Position numbers and translations under genes: made by a program. A stretch of 64,000 bases of DNA from a virus (Duplodnaviria > Caudoviricetes): the IMG/VR virus record IMGVR_UViG_3300028805_000037, positions 160,001 through 224,000 of that record; one strand, written 5' to 3'. The notes beneath the pieces are model-generated. The model was not told the DNA's origin. It saw nothing but the letters and a program-made list of their open reading frames with translations, and did no database searches. This document shows positions 8,386 to 18,278 of this stretch, in pieces. Every line of letters starts with the position of its first letter. Within the stretch, counting starts at the first letter, position 1.

Positions 8386-9727
8386 CACTAATTTAAATAA
8401 TATAAATATAATTAAACAATATCAAAGACAATATACTATTTGTTATAAAGTTATATATAAATATTTAAAATTAGGTTTAAAATCTAATCAAATTAAAGAA
8501 AAATTAAAAAATTATAAAAATATTAATTTAATTATAAATAATTCTTGGTTTATAAATTGTTTATTTTATGATGTTAAATGCATTTTAAAAGAAACAAATA
8601 ATGTATGTTTTAATTATAATTTACATTTAAAAAGAAATAAAAATTTAATAACAAAACAAGAATTTAAAGAAAATAAGTATTTTCAAGTTTGTTCTAATGG
8701 AGAAATAGATAAAAAATGTAATAGATTCTTTAAAATTTTAAATATTAATCAAATTTTATTTAAGCCCAATAAATATACAAAAATATTATTAAATTTGCAA
8801 AGTTTAGGTAAAAATAGGATTAAAATATTACAACAATTATTAAATTTACAAAATAAAAATAATATTTTATCTATAACTTATAAATTAAATAAAGATTATA
8901 TTTATTTAACATTTGATGAATCTAATTTATCTTTAATTAAATTAAAACCAATAAATAATAGAATATTTGCTATAGATATGAATCCTAATTATATAGGTTA
9001 TTCTATTATAGATTGGAAAGATACTGAAAATTTAAAATTTAATCTTATTAATGCTGGCATAATTTCTTTAAAATCATTAAATGATAAATATTTTAGTTTT
9101 AAAAAATTAAAATTATCATCTAATAATAAATTAAAATTGCATTTAACTAATAAAAGAAAATTTGAAATCTTTGAAGTAAGTAAACAATTAATAAAATTAG
9201 CTAAACATTATAAATGTGAATTTTTTGCTATTGAAGATTTAAATATAAAATCTAATGATAAAAATTTAGGTAAAAAATTTAATAGTTTATGTAATAATTT
9301 ATGGAATAGAAATAAATTACAACAAAATATACAAAAAAGATGTAATTTAATAGGAATAAAATTTAAAAAAATAATTGCAAATTATAGTTCTATATTAGGT
9401 AATTCATTATATAGAAATTTAAAATTACCAGATATGATTTTATCTTCTATAGAAATTAGTAGAAGATGTCAAGAATTTAATTTACAATATATTAAAAAAA
9501 GTAAAAAAGTTACAAAAAATATTATTTTTCCAAATTTAACTGAAAAAGTAAGAAATTTATTAAATCAGACTATGGAAGTATTGGGAAATAAATTTCAATT
9601 TGAAACAATCAATAATTTTTGTTATTTTTTAAAAAAGAACTTTAAAAATAAATATAGAGTTCCTCTAGATTTAACTAGAGTCTTTAGACAAAAACATTTA
9701 AAATATCAATTAATAAATTTTATATAA
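8360..9727 (+). CDS. tnpB: IS607-associated TnpB-like nuclease, lacking a zinc finger
   Basis: AIDMNPNYIG (RuvC-I), AIEDL (RuvC-II), YSSILGN...PDMILSSIEISRR (RuvC-III). Confidence 0.85.
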   Translation: MITLKIKYNTNLNNINIIKQYQRQYTICYKVIYKYLKLGLKSNQIKEKLKNYKNINLIINNSWFINCLFYDVKCILKETNNVCFNYNLHLKRNKNLITKQEFKENKYFQVCSNGEIDKKCNRFFKILNINQILFKPNKYTKILLNLQSLGKNRIKILQQLLNLQNKNNILSITYKLNKDYIYLTFDESNLSLIKLKPINNRIFAIDMNPNYIGYSIIDWKDTENLKFNLINAGIISLKSLNDKYFSFKKLKLSSNNKLKLHLTNKRKFEIFEVSKQLIKLAKHYKCEFFAIEDLNIKSNDKNLGKKFNSLCNNLWNRNKLQQNIQKRCNLIGIKFKKIIANYSSILGNSLYRNLKLPDMILSSIEISRRCQEFNLQYIKKSKKVTKNIIFPNLTEKVRNLLNQTMEVLGNKFQFETINNFCYFLKKNFKNKYRVPLDLTRVFRQKHLKYQLINFI

Positions 9728-9827
9728 ATTTATATTGTTTTAAATTGTTTTTGTTATTTAAATCAATTTAAAAATTGGTATAATAATTTAAATTTAAAAT
9801 AGATTTGTATAAGAGAGGTAAAAATAT

Positions 9828-10361
9828 ATGTCAGATATTTTCCTAAAACCGGGAGTTTCGCGTTACAAACTTGCAACTAATTATGAATGGTATGCTGTTG
9901 TACCTGGTACACAAAAACGTATAAAAATTGGTGGTTGTCAATCATTAAATGATTCGCAAACAAAAAATGTTACAAGAACTCATGAATTGAATATGGAAGA
10001 ACCTAGATGTGTAGAATTAACTCAAGGTTTAGTTACAGATATAAGTGTTACTGTTTCTAGAATAGAATTAAATACATCAAATTTACTTGAGGAGTTTACG
10101 GGAATTTCGGGAATCGAGTCATTATATGATCAAAGTTTATATTTTGATATAGAAGCTGCAGTATATATACCAAGACAAAATGCTGATGGAACTTTTGATC
10201 CTAAAAAAGAAAATGCAACAAGAATAATACAAAGAACTTATAAGGATTGTGTTATTACATCTTATGGAAGAAATGTAGGAATAGAAGGGAATATACAAGT
10301 AACTGAAAATGCAACAATACAAGTAAGATATATACAACCTGGTAGTAAATCTGAAAATTAA
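9828..10361 (+). CDS. tail tube protein
   Basis: Follows the sheath gene; KIGGCQSL, YKDCVITSYGRN...VTENATI pattern; 177 aa. Confidence 0.8.
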   Translation: MSDIFLKPGVSRYKLATNYEWYAVVPGTQKRIKIGGCQSLNDSQTKNVTRTHELNMEEPRCVELTQGLVTDISVTVSRIELNTSNLLEEFTGISGIESLYDQSLYFDIEAAVYIPRQNADGTFDPKKENATRIIQRTYKDCVITSYGRNVGIEGNIQVTENATIQVRYIQPGSKSEN

Positions 10362-10376
10362 TTTTGGAGAAATAAA

Positions 10377-10733
10377 ATGAGACCTTGGACAAGAATAATA
10401 AGTAAAAAAGTAAATGCAACAATAAATTTTGCTAATATATTAAACCCTACATATTGGCCACTTGTTGGTGATAAAGCTAAACAATTTCATGTAGGTGATC
10501 AAGTTCAATTAAGTATACCAAGTAATTTTGGTCCTGCTCATGATGGTGGTGATATGCCTTCTAATATTGTTGATTTAAAAGATAAAAAGAATGGTACAAC
10601 TGGTAAAATAATTAGTATTGATGAAGTTCAAGGTATTCCTGGAAGTGATGCTTCGGCAATGACAATTATGCTTGATGATGGTGAAAGACTTGAAAATTTT
10701 CCAGCTGCATGGGTATTAAAAATAACTGAATAA
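10377..10733 (+). CDS. hypothetical protein (SH3/KOW-like beta fold possible)
   Basis: FHVGDQV...GTTGKII motif; GGAG RBS. Confidence 0.55.
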   Translation: MRPWTRIISKKVNATINFANILNPTYWPLVGDKAKQFHVGDQVQLSIPSNFGPAHDGGDMPSNIVDLKDKKNGTTGKIISIDEVQGIPGSDASAMTIMLDDGERLENFPAAWVLKITE

Positions 10734-10771
10734 GCTTTTTCTCGCTACTTTTTTCATATAAAAACCTCCTT

Positions 10772-10803
10772 AAATAGGATATACGACTGGGTATATCCTA
10801 TTT
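10772..10803. terminator. intrinsic terminator, probably bidirectional
   Basis: AAATAGGATATAC / GTATATCCTATTT 13-bp inverted repeat between convergent genes. Confidence 0.75.
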
Positions 10804-10974
10804 TAATTTATCTAAAAAATTATTTCTGTCTTTATCAAATATCAAAAATAAAGCAGCTTCTTTATTTAATTCAGCTTCATCATAATTTTTCTTATTTAGT
10901 TTTTCTATATAAATTTTGTTTCTATCAATAACAATTCTACAATGTGGTACTTTACATTTAAATACAAATTGCAT
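10798..10974 (-). CDS. 58-aa hypothetical protein with its own sigma70-type promoter (not in the ORF track)
   Basis: AGGAGG RBS; MQFVFKCKVPHCRIVID...; upstream TTTACA-N17-TATAAT on the - strand (~11001-11029). Confidence 0.6.
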   Translation of the reverse strand: MQFVFKCKVPHCRIVIDRNKIYIEKLNKKNYDEAELNKEAALFLIFDKDRNNFLDKLK

Positions 10975-11104
10975 ATATAACCTCCTTTATTTTATATAAT
11001 TATTATAATCAATTTTTAAAAAAATGTAAATAATGTAAATTTGTATTATATTATTCAAACTAAAAATTTAAATTTAAAATATGAGAAAAAAGGAGAGAAC
11101 AAAA

Positions 11105-11506
11105 ATGAATCCAATGGAAGAATTTAAACAGCAACAAACAAAAGAAGTAAAATTAGGTGATAAACTTACAATTTTATTTAAAGATTTAATGGCAAAAGAT
11201 TCAGCAGAAATTGAGAATCGTGTTGCTATGGTAAGTGTCAAAGATACTATGAGTGAATATCAAATGAGAAAAATTGAAACATTAAAAAGATGTATAGTAT
11301 CTATTAATAATGTTTTGCTTAAAGATTTTGATAATGTTAAAAAAGATTTGAGTAATTCTATTTCAGAAGATATTGCAATACAAAATGAAATAATGAGTTG
11401 GAATAGTATTATTACAGATAAAATATATAATTATTATTTGCAATTTTTAAAAGAAAGAAATGAGAAAATTGATAAAGATATCAATTTTCAAAACTCCCTA
11501 AGTTAA
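11105..11506 (+). CDS. tail assembly chaperone (gpG-like)
   Basis: Between tube and tape measure genes; IETLKRCIVSINN motif; AAGGAG RBS before ATG 11105. Confidence 0.75.
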   Translation: MNPMEEFKQQQTKEVKLGDKLTILFKDLMAKDSAEIENRVAMVSVKDTMSEYQMRKIETLKRCIVSINNVLLKDFDNVKKDLSNSISEDIAIQNEIMSWNSIITDKIYNYYLQFLKERNEKIDKDINFQNSLS

Positions 11507-11850
11507 GGTTTTATTGGAAATTACGTAAAATCTTTTCTAAAGAAGAAATAGATAAATGGGATTCTACTGATTATAATTGGGCTTATGATAATATAATTCA
11601 AGATAATAAAGAAGAAGATGATAAATTGAATTATATAATTGATTCATTAAAATTTTATATAAACCCTAAGATATATATTGAAGAAAAAGGTATAGATAAG
11701 AAAGAAGAACAAAAAGAAGTTGTACATAGTAATAAAGAAATAAATAAAATAGCAGAAGAAAAAGGTATTAAAAATACCGAATTCGTAATAAGTAATATAA
11801 ATAATTCTAGTGTATTTGATGATGAAATACCTATAATAATGGAAGAATAA
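11476..11850 (+). CDS. -1 frame extension of the tail assembly chaperone (gpGT-like)
   Basis: The -1 frame is open from 11476 to 11850 (SKLPKLRFYWKLRKIF...) with no good start of its own. Confidence 0.7.
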   Translation, partial: RYQFSKLPKLRFYWKLRKIFSKEEIDKWDSTDYNWAYDNIIQDNKEEDDKLNYIIDSLKFYINPKIYIEEKGIDKKEEQKEVVHSNKEINKIAEEKGIKNTEFVISNINNSSVFDDEIPIIMEE

Positions 11851-11852
11851 TA

Positions 11853-13469
11853 ATGGCAGATAATAATAACTTTGTAAGAGATTCTATTAATCAAGCACAA
11901 AGTACTCCACAAGTTATAACAAAACAAGAAGCAGCAACATTTAAAAAAGAATATGGTGCTGACTTATTTAATGATTTACTTAAAAATAATACTATAGCTA
12001 TAGAAGAAAATACAAAAGCTATAAAAGATATACAAAGTCAAGATAGAAAAAATGCTGAACAAACTAAAAAACAAGAAAATGATAAAAAATCATTATTAAA
12101 TACAATTGCAACAAAATTAGCTACTATTAATTTAAGTTATGAATCTTTAACACAAAAACAAGATATAAATAATGTTATTAATAAAACAGCAAATGGTTTA
12201 AAAACAATAACAGATAAACTTGGTATATTAAGTACTACTATGGGAATATTTATTGACACAATGAGAATTGCTGCTCAAGTATCATTTGCTGCCAATAAAA
12301 ATCAAATAGAAAATAATAGATTATATACACAATTATTTGGTTTTAGTTCTTTATCAGGTCAAGGAACTTATGCTGTTCCAGCAACATTATTTAAAAGTAA
12401 ATTGCATGCTGCTACTGGAGTAAATTTTGATGAAAAAGATGAAATTAATCCAATGTTAAATATAATGGCGCAATCATATAATACAGCAAATTTAAGTGAA
12501 AATACATTATTAACAAGATTAAGAAATTCATTGGCATATAATAGAGTAAATCCAAATTTAGCTAATATTTATAATACAATGTTAGGACAATCAGGTGGAA
12601 GTAATGAATTTATATTAAATAGTATGGCTTTATTTGCAAAACGTTTTGAACATAATAATTTAGGTTTAGATAAATCTTTACAACAAACTAAGGCTTTATA
12701 TGAATCTAATAGAAGATTTAATATGTCAATGGGTGAAGCTGCAGGATATATACAAAAATTTAATAAACAATTACAAGATGGAACTTTAACTCTTCAAGAT
12801 TTGACAACAATGAAAAATATGGTTAAAGGTAATTCAATGGGACAAAATGCTGGTTTAGGACAAATGTTATTAAATGCTGGTTTAGGAACACCTAAATTAT
12901 TAACAGCTGCTGGTAATCCTGCAAAAATGGCAGTGGTATTAAGAGAAGGTGGAAAAGAAGAATTAGATGCAATACAAAAATTACTTTGGGATATTGCTTC
13001 TTCTACTGGTTTAGGAACTGATCAACAAGCCATGGGAGAAACATTAAGAGATTTATACAGTAAATTTGGTATTAATTTATCTGATCAACAAGTAAAATAT
13101 ATTTCACGTGGTAGAAATTATTCTTTACAAGCTGGAGCATTAGCACCATCAAAAAAGCAACTTATAACAAATGAACCAAAAGAAGCAATGGCTGAAGTTT
13201 TAAGTGAATATATAAAACAAACAACTACAGAATCAGATAAAATAACTAATAAAATTAAACAAGATGTAAGTGATTTATTAGGTGTAGTCAATGTTATGGA
13301 AAATGATTTTAGTAATTCTTTAAATAATTTTTTAAATGAAAGAAGTTTTGGTTCAATGCTAACAAGAGTTCTTATAAGTACAATTAAAATATTTGGTGGA
13401 GATAAAGAAGAATTAAAAAATGCAATAACTAAAAATGAATTAATATCGTATATTAATGATAATATGTAA
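11853..13469 (+). CDS. tape measure-like protein
   Basis: Helical, A/Q/N/G-rich; directly after the chaperone pair. Confidence 0.7.
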   Translation: MADNNNFVRDSINQAQSTPQVITKQEAATFKKEYGADLFNDLLKNNTIAIEENTKAIKDIQSQDRKNAEQTKKQENDKKSLLNTIATKLATINLSYESLTQKQDINNVINKTANGLKTITDKLGILSTTMGIFIDTMRIAAQVSFAANKNQIENNRLYTQLFGFSSLSGQGTYAVPATLFKSKLHAATGVNFDEKDEINPMLNIMAQSYNTANLSENTLLTRLRNSLAYNRVNPNLANIYNTMLGQSGGSNEFILNSMALFAKRFEHNNLGLDKSLQQTKALYESNRRFNMSMGEAAGYIQKFNKQLQDGTLTLQDLTTMKNMVKGNSMGQNAGLGQMLLNAGLGTPKLLTAAGNPAKMAVVLREGGKEELDAIQKLLWDIASSTGLGTDQQAMGETLRDLYSKFGINLSDQQVKYISRGRNYSLQAGALAPSKKQLITNEPKEAMAEVLSEYIKQTTTESDKITNKIKQDVSDLLGVVNVMENDFSNSLNNFLNERSFGSMLTRVLISTIKIFGGDKEELKNAITKNELISYINDNM

Positions 13470-13480
13470 AGGTAATAATA

Positions 13481-14266
13481 ATGAATAGTACATTAGCAAA
13501 TTTAACAAATAGAATGATGATTGGTAATTATGATATACCATTAATTATTGTTATGCGTCCGAATCCTCAATCTTTTAATAAAAGAACACAAAAGATGAAT
13601 TCACAACAATATACAAATAGTGGTTGGATTACAAATCATTTTGGTAATGAGTTAGACGTAATATCAATAGAAGGTTTTACATCAGCAAAAGTACGTGAGC
13701 CTTTTAGACAATCAAATAAATCAACAAATATTGCTGCATCTATTGTAGATTCATTTACTGGTAAAAATAATACAGCAAATTATGGTCCAACTCAATGGGC
13801 TGATATTGATAGATTTATAATGAAGATGGAACAACTTGTTAAACTTGATAAAGAAAGATTAGGAAGTTTAATAGAAATGTTAAAATCTTCATTAGTCGGT
13901 TATGGTTTATCAAAAATTACAAATAAAATTAGTAATCCTTTAACTGGTGGAAGACAAGATTTTATTGCTTCTCAAAATACTACAGCATCACAAACGCATT
14001 CATTTATGATTTATCAATATGTATATTATTCTGGTTATTTTAATTCATTTGATTATAGAATTGATGTAAATGATCCAAGTAGATATAGATATAATTTTGA
14101 ATTTGTTGTTACTGAATCATCACAAGATTGGTTAACAAAAAATCTTATTACTAATTTCCCAGAAGCACGAGTATTAAATCTTTTCACCCAATTTAAAGAG
14201 CTTACAAATTATACTTCTAACTTAATTAGTAATGCTGACCAATTATTAAAAGGAATATTTTTATAA
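13481..14266 (+). CDS. baseplate/tube-initiator protein
   Basis: MRPNPQSF, FGNELDVISIEG, YSGYFNSFDY...YRYNFEFVV motifs; position. Confidence 0.65.
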   Translation: MNSTLANLTNRMMIGNYDIPLIIVMRPNPQSFNKRTQKMNSQQYTNSGWITNHFGNELDVISIEGFTSAKVREPFRQSNKSTNIAASIVDSFTGKNNTANYGPTQWADIDRFIMKMEQLVKLDKERLGSLIEMLKSSLVGYGLSKITNKISNPLTGGRQDFIASQNTTASQTHSFMIYQYVYYSGYFNSFDYRIDVNDPSRYRYNFEFVVTESSQDWLTKNLITNFPEARVLNLFTQFKELTNYTSNLISNADQLLKGIFL

Positions 14267-16654
14267 ATGAATATATTACAAGATTTTACTAATGATAATA
14301 AAATACAAAATCAAGAAATTCAAGTTTTTATAATTAAACAATTTGAGCGTAGAGATAAAAAAGATTTTGAGAATAAATATAGTAAATATATTAATGGTAA
14401 TAATATATTTCTTCAAAGTAATATATCTGATGCATTAGATGGTCTTATAAGTTCAAATGGAAGACAAAATTATTTAATACCATTAATATATGATGAAAAT
14501 AAAAAAGATGATATAATACTTCAAGAACATAAATTAAGTAATAATCTTTATTATTATACTGATAAATATATTGAAAATGTTAATGATGTTCAAATAATAA
14601 ATATAGATAATGGTAAAAAAAAGTATTATAAATATAAAATAAATAATTATTATTATTTTAGTAAATATTCATTTTTACTTGAATGCCCACTTCTTGATTA
14701 TACAAAATTAAGTTATGTTTATCAAATTAAACATAATAATATGTTAGGTATTGGTAATGTAACTGCAGTAAATACATCATTTAATGTAAATTCAAGCTCA
14801 AATTGTACAATAACATTTACTTGTGGTGATAATGATGAAATAAATAAAGAAATGTTTGATACTAATGATATTGTTATAATAAAAATATTAAAAAGTAATA
14901 AAGATCTTAATTTATTAAATAATAAAGATAAAGAATCAATAAATATATTTGAACAAGAATTTAATAAATATCAAAATATATTTACTGGTTATATTGACAA
15001 TATTAATTATACAATAAATTTTGGCGGTTTAAGTAAAACATTAAATCTTGTTTGTAGCGGTCCTACTAAAAAGATGTTATTTACAAGAATAATTTCTGGA
15101 CAAGCTTCAGCAGATATGGCTGATATAACAGCATCACTCAATCCTATAAGTGTTTATTCATTTCCACAAACATTAGGTTCTAATAATGAAGCTCAACTTG
15201 ATAATGAATCAATTGTTAAAAATATTGTAATAAGAACACTTTGTGATATTGATTCAATACCAGAAATAAAAGAAGCAAAATTAAATATAGAATATTATTT
15301 TAATAAAAATGCTATAGCTGTAACAAAAGATTCACAAACATATCAAGATTTACATAAGTATAAAAATCAATATAATGCAGCTATAAATGCACACTTTGAT
15401 GATTTTATTAATTATAAAGATTCATATATGGAAATTAATAAAAATTCTATATATGATAGCACTTTTGATACTGGACTACAATTACATGGATATAGTACTA
15501 TTCAATTACCAATTATGATGATTAAAGGTACAAAACAACCAGCATATCAAATGACTTTTAATACATTTACAAATACATTTATTACACAATATGATACATT
15601 ATTTCAATTTATAAGAAAAATTGCCAATACATTAGATTTTTGCTTTTATGATGATGCTGACGGAATAATACATTTTGAAACATATAATACAAGCTTAAAT
15701 CATCTATATAATTTAGATGATGCTAATCATTTAACAAATATTATTAGTTTTACTGAAAATCAAAATACTAATGAAATGTATAATATTATTCTGACATCAT
15801 CTTTAGGAACAATACAAGGACTTCCTGATTCTGCTGAATATGGAATATATAGTTTAATAAGAGATGAAAAATCAATTAAAAAATTAGGTGAAAGATTTCT
15901 TAACGCTGGATCAGTTACTGGTTTATATAGTACATTAGATAGGATAAAAGATAGGATAAATGATTCTAATACAAATATTATTGATGAAATGTATAAAAAG
16001 CCATTAACAATATATTCAAGATGTTTAATGCAAAGAATAAATAGTAAAGCATTATCTCAAATTAGTGTACAAATAACCGGAAATCCAATGATTAAATTTG
16101 GTAAATATGCATATATAAAACAATTAAAAAAACTTTTTTATATTGATAGTATTAGACATACTTGGTCTGCTAATAGTTTTTATACAAATGATATAACAGG
16201 AATTTATACAAGAGATATAATATGTAGTGTAGATGATATTAATAGTGGTTCATATAATTTATTTGAAAGTTTATTTACAATTCCAAATAGTAGAAAAAAT
16301 GGTAAAACATCAAGATTTTTATATGCGCAACAACAACTTAATAATAAATTAGATAAAGAATCAAAAAGTGGAAATATAATTAAAACTATAGAAGATTTAT
16401 TTAATAAAATAGATATATATAATAAAATTAAACAAGAATTAAAAAATAAATTTTATTATGATGACGATAATTTTCTTGAATTAATATATAGTAAAAATAA
16501 TAATTATGCATTTACTTTTTTAGATGGTTATTTTTGGACAATACCAGTGCAAAATGATGCATATAATTTAGCTATAGAACAAAAAGAAATAAATAAATAT
16601 AGAAATTTAATGCCATTTGCTAATTTATCTAGCAATAGCAAATTGAGTTTATAA
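14267..16654 (+). CDS. baseplate hub protein (gp27/VgrG-like)
   Basis: IFTGYID, FYDDADGIIHF, ITGNPMIKFG, FYIDSIRHTW motifs. Confidence 0.7.
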   Translation: MNILQDFTNDNKIQNQEIQVFIIKQFERRDKKDFENKYSKYINGNNIFLQSNISDALDGLISSNGRQNYLIPLIYDENKKDDIILQEHKLSNNLYYYTDKYIENVNDVQIINIDNGKKKYYKYKINNYYYFSKYSFLLECPLLDYTKLSYVYQIKHNNMLGIGNVTAVNTSFNVNSSSNCTITFTCGDNDEINKEMFDTNDIVIIKILKSNKDLNLLNNKDKESINIFEQEFNKYQNIFTGYIDNINYTINFGGLSKTLNLVCSGPTKKMLFTRIISGQASADMADITASLNPISVYSFPQTLGSNNEAQLDNESIVKNIVIRTLCDIDSIPEIKEAKLNIEYYFNKNAIAVTKDSQTYQDLHKYKNQYNAAINAHFDDFINYKDSYMEINKNSIYDSTFDTGLQLHGYSTIQLPIMMIKGTKQPAYQMTFNTFTNTFITQYDTLFQFIRKIANTLDFCFYDDADGIIHFETYNTSLNHLYNLDDANHLTNIISFTENQNTNEMYNIILTSSLGTIQGLPDSAEYGIYSLIRDEKSIKKLGERFLNAGSVTGLYSTLDRIKDRINDSNTNIIDEMYKKPLTIYSRCLMQRINSKALSQISVQITGNPMIKFGKYAYIKQLKKLFYIDSIRHTWSANSFYTNDITGIYTRDIICSVDDINSGSYNLFESLFTIPNSRKNGKTSRFLYAQQQLNNKLDKESKSGNIIKTIEDLFNKIDIYNKIKQELKNKFYYDDDNFLELIYSKNNNYAFTFLDGYFWTIPVQNDAYNLAIEQKEINKYRNLMPFANLSSNSKLSL

Positions 16655-16655
16655 A

Positions 16656-17513
16656 ATGAACACATTAGTTACTAATAAACAACAAAATACATTAAGATAT
16701 GGTAGAATAATTAAAGTAGATAATAATCTTACTACAAATTCTACTAAAAATGAAATTAATGTTGCTAATACAAATGGTTTTCAAACTATAGATATAAGTT
16801 GGTTAACTGGTCAAAATTATGTAAGTTTACAAGTACCATTACCATATTCTTATATTTCTAGACAAGGTTATGGAGTTCAATTTTTACCAAGTGTTGGTGA
16901 TTATGTTATAGCATATTTTTTACCAAGTGGTTTACCATTAATTTTAGGTTATAGTAAAGTTAATCCTCTTCAAAATGCTGGAGTATTAGATACTGAAAAT
17001 AAAGAAATAAAAAAGAATAATTTTGGTGATCCATTAAGTAATAATGATAATCTTCCATTTAGATATATTGAACCTGGTGAATTTAATATTATAAGTAAAA
17101 ATCAAGCTGAAATTTATTTAGATAAATATGGTAATATAAAATTAATAACTAGAAAACAAAATGAAAATAAGGGCTATCATGATAGATTATATGAAATAAC
17201 TATAGGTGAAAATATAATTGATGAAGCTACTGGAGAAAAGAAAGATTGTCAATTTGAAATTAAAAATTATGAAAATAATATAAGAATTTCTATAAATAAA
17301 GATGGACAAATTCAAGTTGAAGCAGAAAAAATACTTATTGGTAATAAAAATTTACAACCAGCTGTTTTAGGTAATGAATTAAAAGATTTTTTACATACTA
17401 TTATAAATACTTTTAATACACATACTCATGTATGTCTAGAAAGTACAACTGATATACCTACTCAACAATTACAAGAAAAAGATGTACTTTCTAAAAAAGT
17501 GGAGGTTGAATAA
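16656..17513 (+). CDS. baseplate spike (gpV/gp5-like)
   Basis: OB-fold LPSVGDYVI; C-terminal AVLGNEL...FNTHTH metal-binding HxH. Confidence 0.85.
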   Translation: MNTLVTNKQQNTLRYGRIIKVDNNLTTNSTKNEINVANTNGFQTIDISWLTGQNYVSLQVPLPYSYISRQGYGVQFLPSVGDYVIAYFLPSGLPLILGYSKVNPLQNAGVLDTENKEIKKNNFGDPLSNNDNLPFRYIEPGEFNIISKNQAEIYLDKYGNIKLITRKQNENKGYHDRLYEITIGENIIDEATGEKKDCQFEIKNYENNIRISINKDGQIQVEAEKILIGNKNLQPAVLGNELKDFLHTIINTFNTHTHVCLESTTDIPTQQLQEKDVLSKKVEVE

Positions 17514-18242
17514 ATGTTTGATTTAAAATTGACAAATCAATGTAATCATAGAATAATAAATGAAAAACTTACAATAAAAGGAACTTATCCTAATTATTAT
17601 GCGGTGTTAAAATCACCAGCTATTGGTAATAATCATAAAATAAAAATTGTTGATCAAAATAATTTATTTAAACAAAAACCTATATTAATAAATTATCAAT
17701 TAAATCAAAATAATAAATATATATATTTTAATATTATTAATGATTTAAATCCTGATTATGATGTAGATATAAGATCTGAAGTTTATCCTAAAAATTCATA
17801 TTATGCTACATATTATACAAATGCCGAACATTGTAATAAGTGTATTATGCATTCTAATTATAGTAATGATATAAATTTTGATGTTATAGGTAGACTTGAA
17901 ATTATTGATGGCAAACCATATTTAATACAAAAATTTAAAAAGAATCTTATTACAGAAAAAGGTAAAAATATATTTAATAATGAATATGGAAGTGAATTGA
18001 ATAAATATATAGGTAAAACAAAAACAGCTTTGGCTATATTAATGTGTCAAAATACTATTAAAGATACAGTAAATTTTATTAAAAATCAACAAATTAATTA
18101 TAGTGAAATACTTGAAAATAATCAAAAATTATTAAAAATTGATGATTTTCAAATTATGCCAACGAATGATGAAAGAATGATAAAATTTCAATTTTATCTT
18201 TTAACTTATGCAGATAGTGAACTTATAAATGTAACACTCTAA
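17514..18242 (+). CDS. baseplate wedge subunit (gp25/gpW-like)
   Basis: LITEKGKNIFNNEYGSEL motif. Confidence 0.75.
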   Translation: MFDLKLTNQCNHRIINEKLTIKGTYPNYYAVLKSPAIGNNHKIKIVDQNNLFKQKPILINYQLNQNNKYIYFNIINDLNPDYDVDIRSEVYPKNSYYATYYTNAEHCNKCIMHSNYSNDINFDVIGRLEIIDGKPYLIQKFKKNLITEKGKNIFNNEYGSELNKYIGKTKTALAILMCQNTIKDTVNFIKNQQINYSEILENNQKLLKIDDFQIMPTNDERMIKFQFYLLTYADSELINVTL

Positions 18243-18278
18243 TATATTTAAATTTAAAATACAAATAGGTATAAAAAT

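Larger units (their letters stand above)
7690..9765 (+). mobile_element. IS607-family element between the sheath and tube genes (ends approximate)
   Basis: Overlapping tnpA (serine recombinase) and tnpB genes. Confidence 0.85.
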
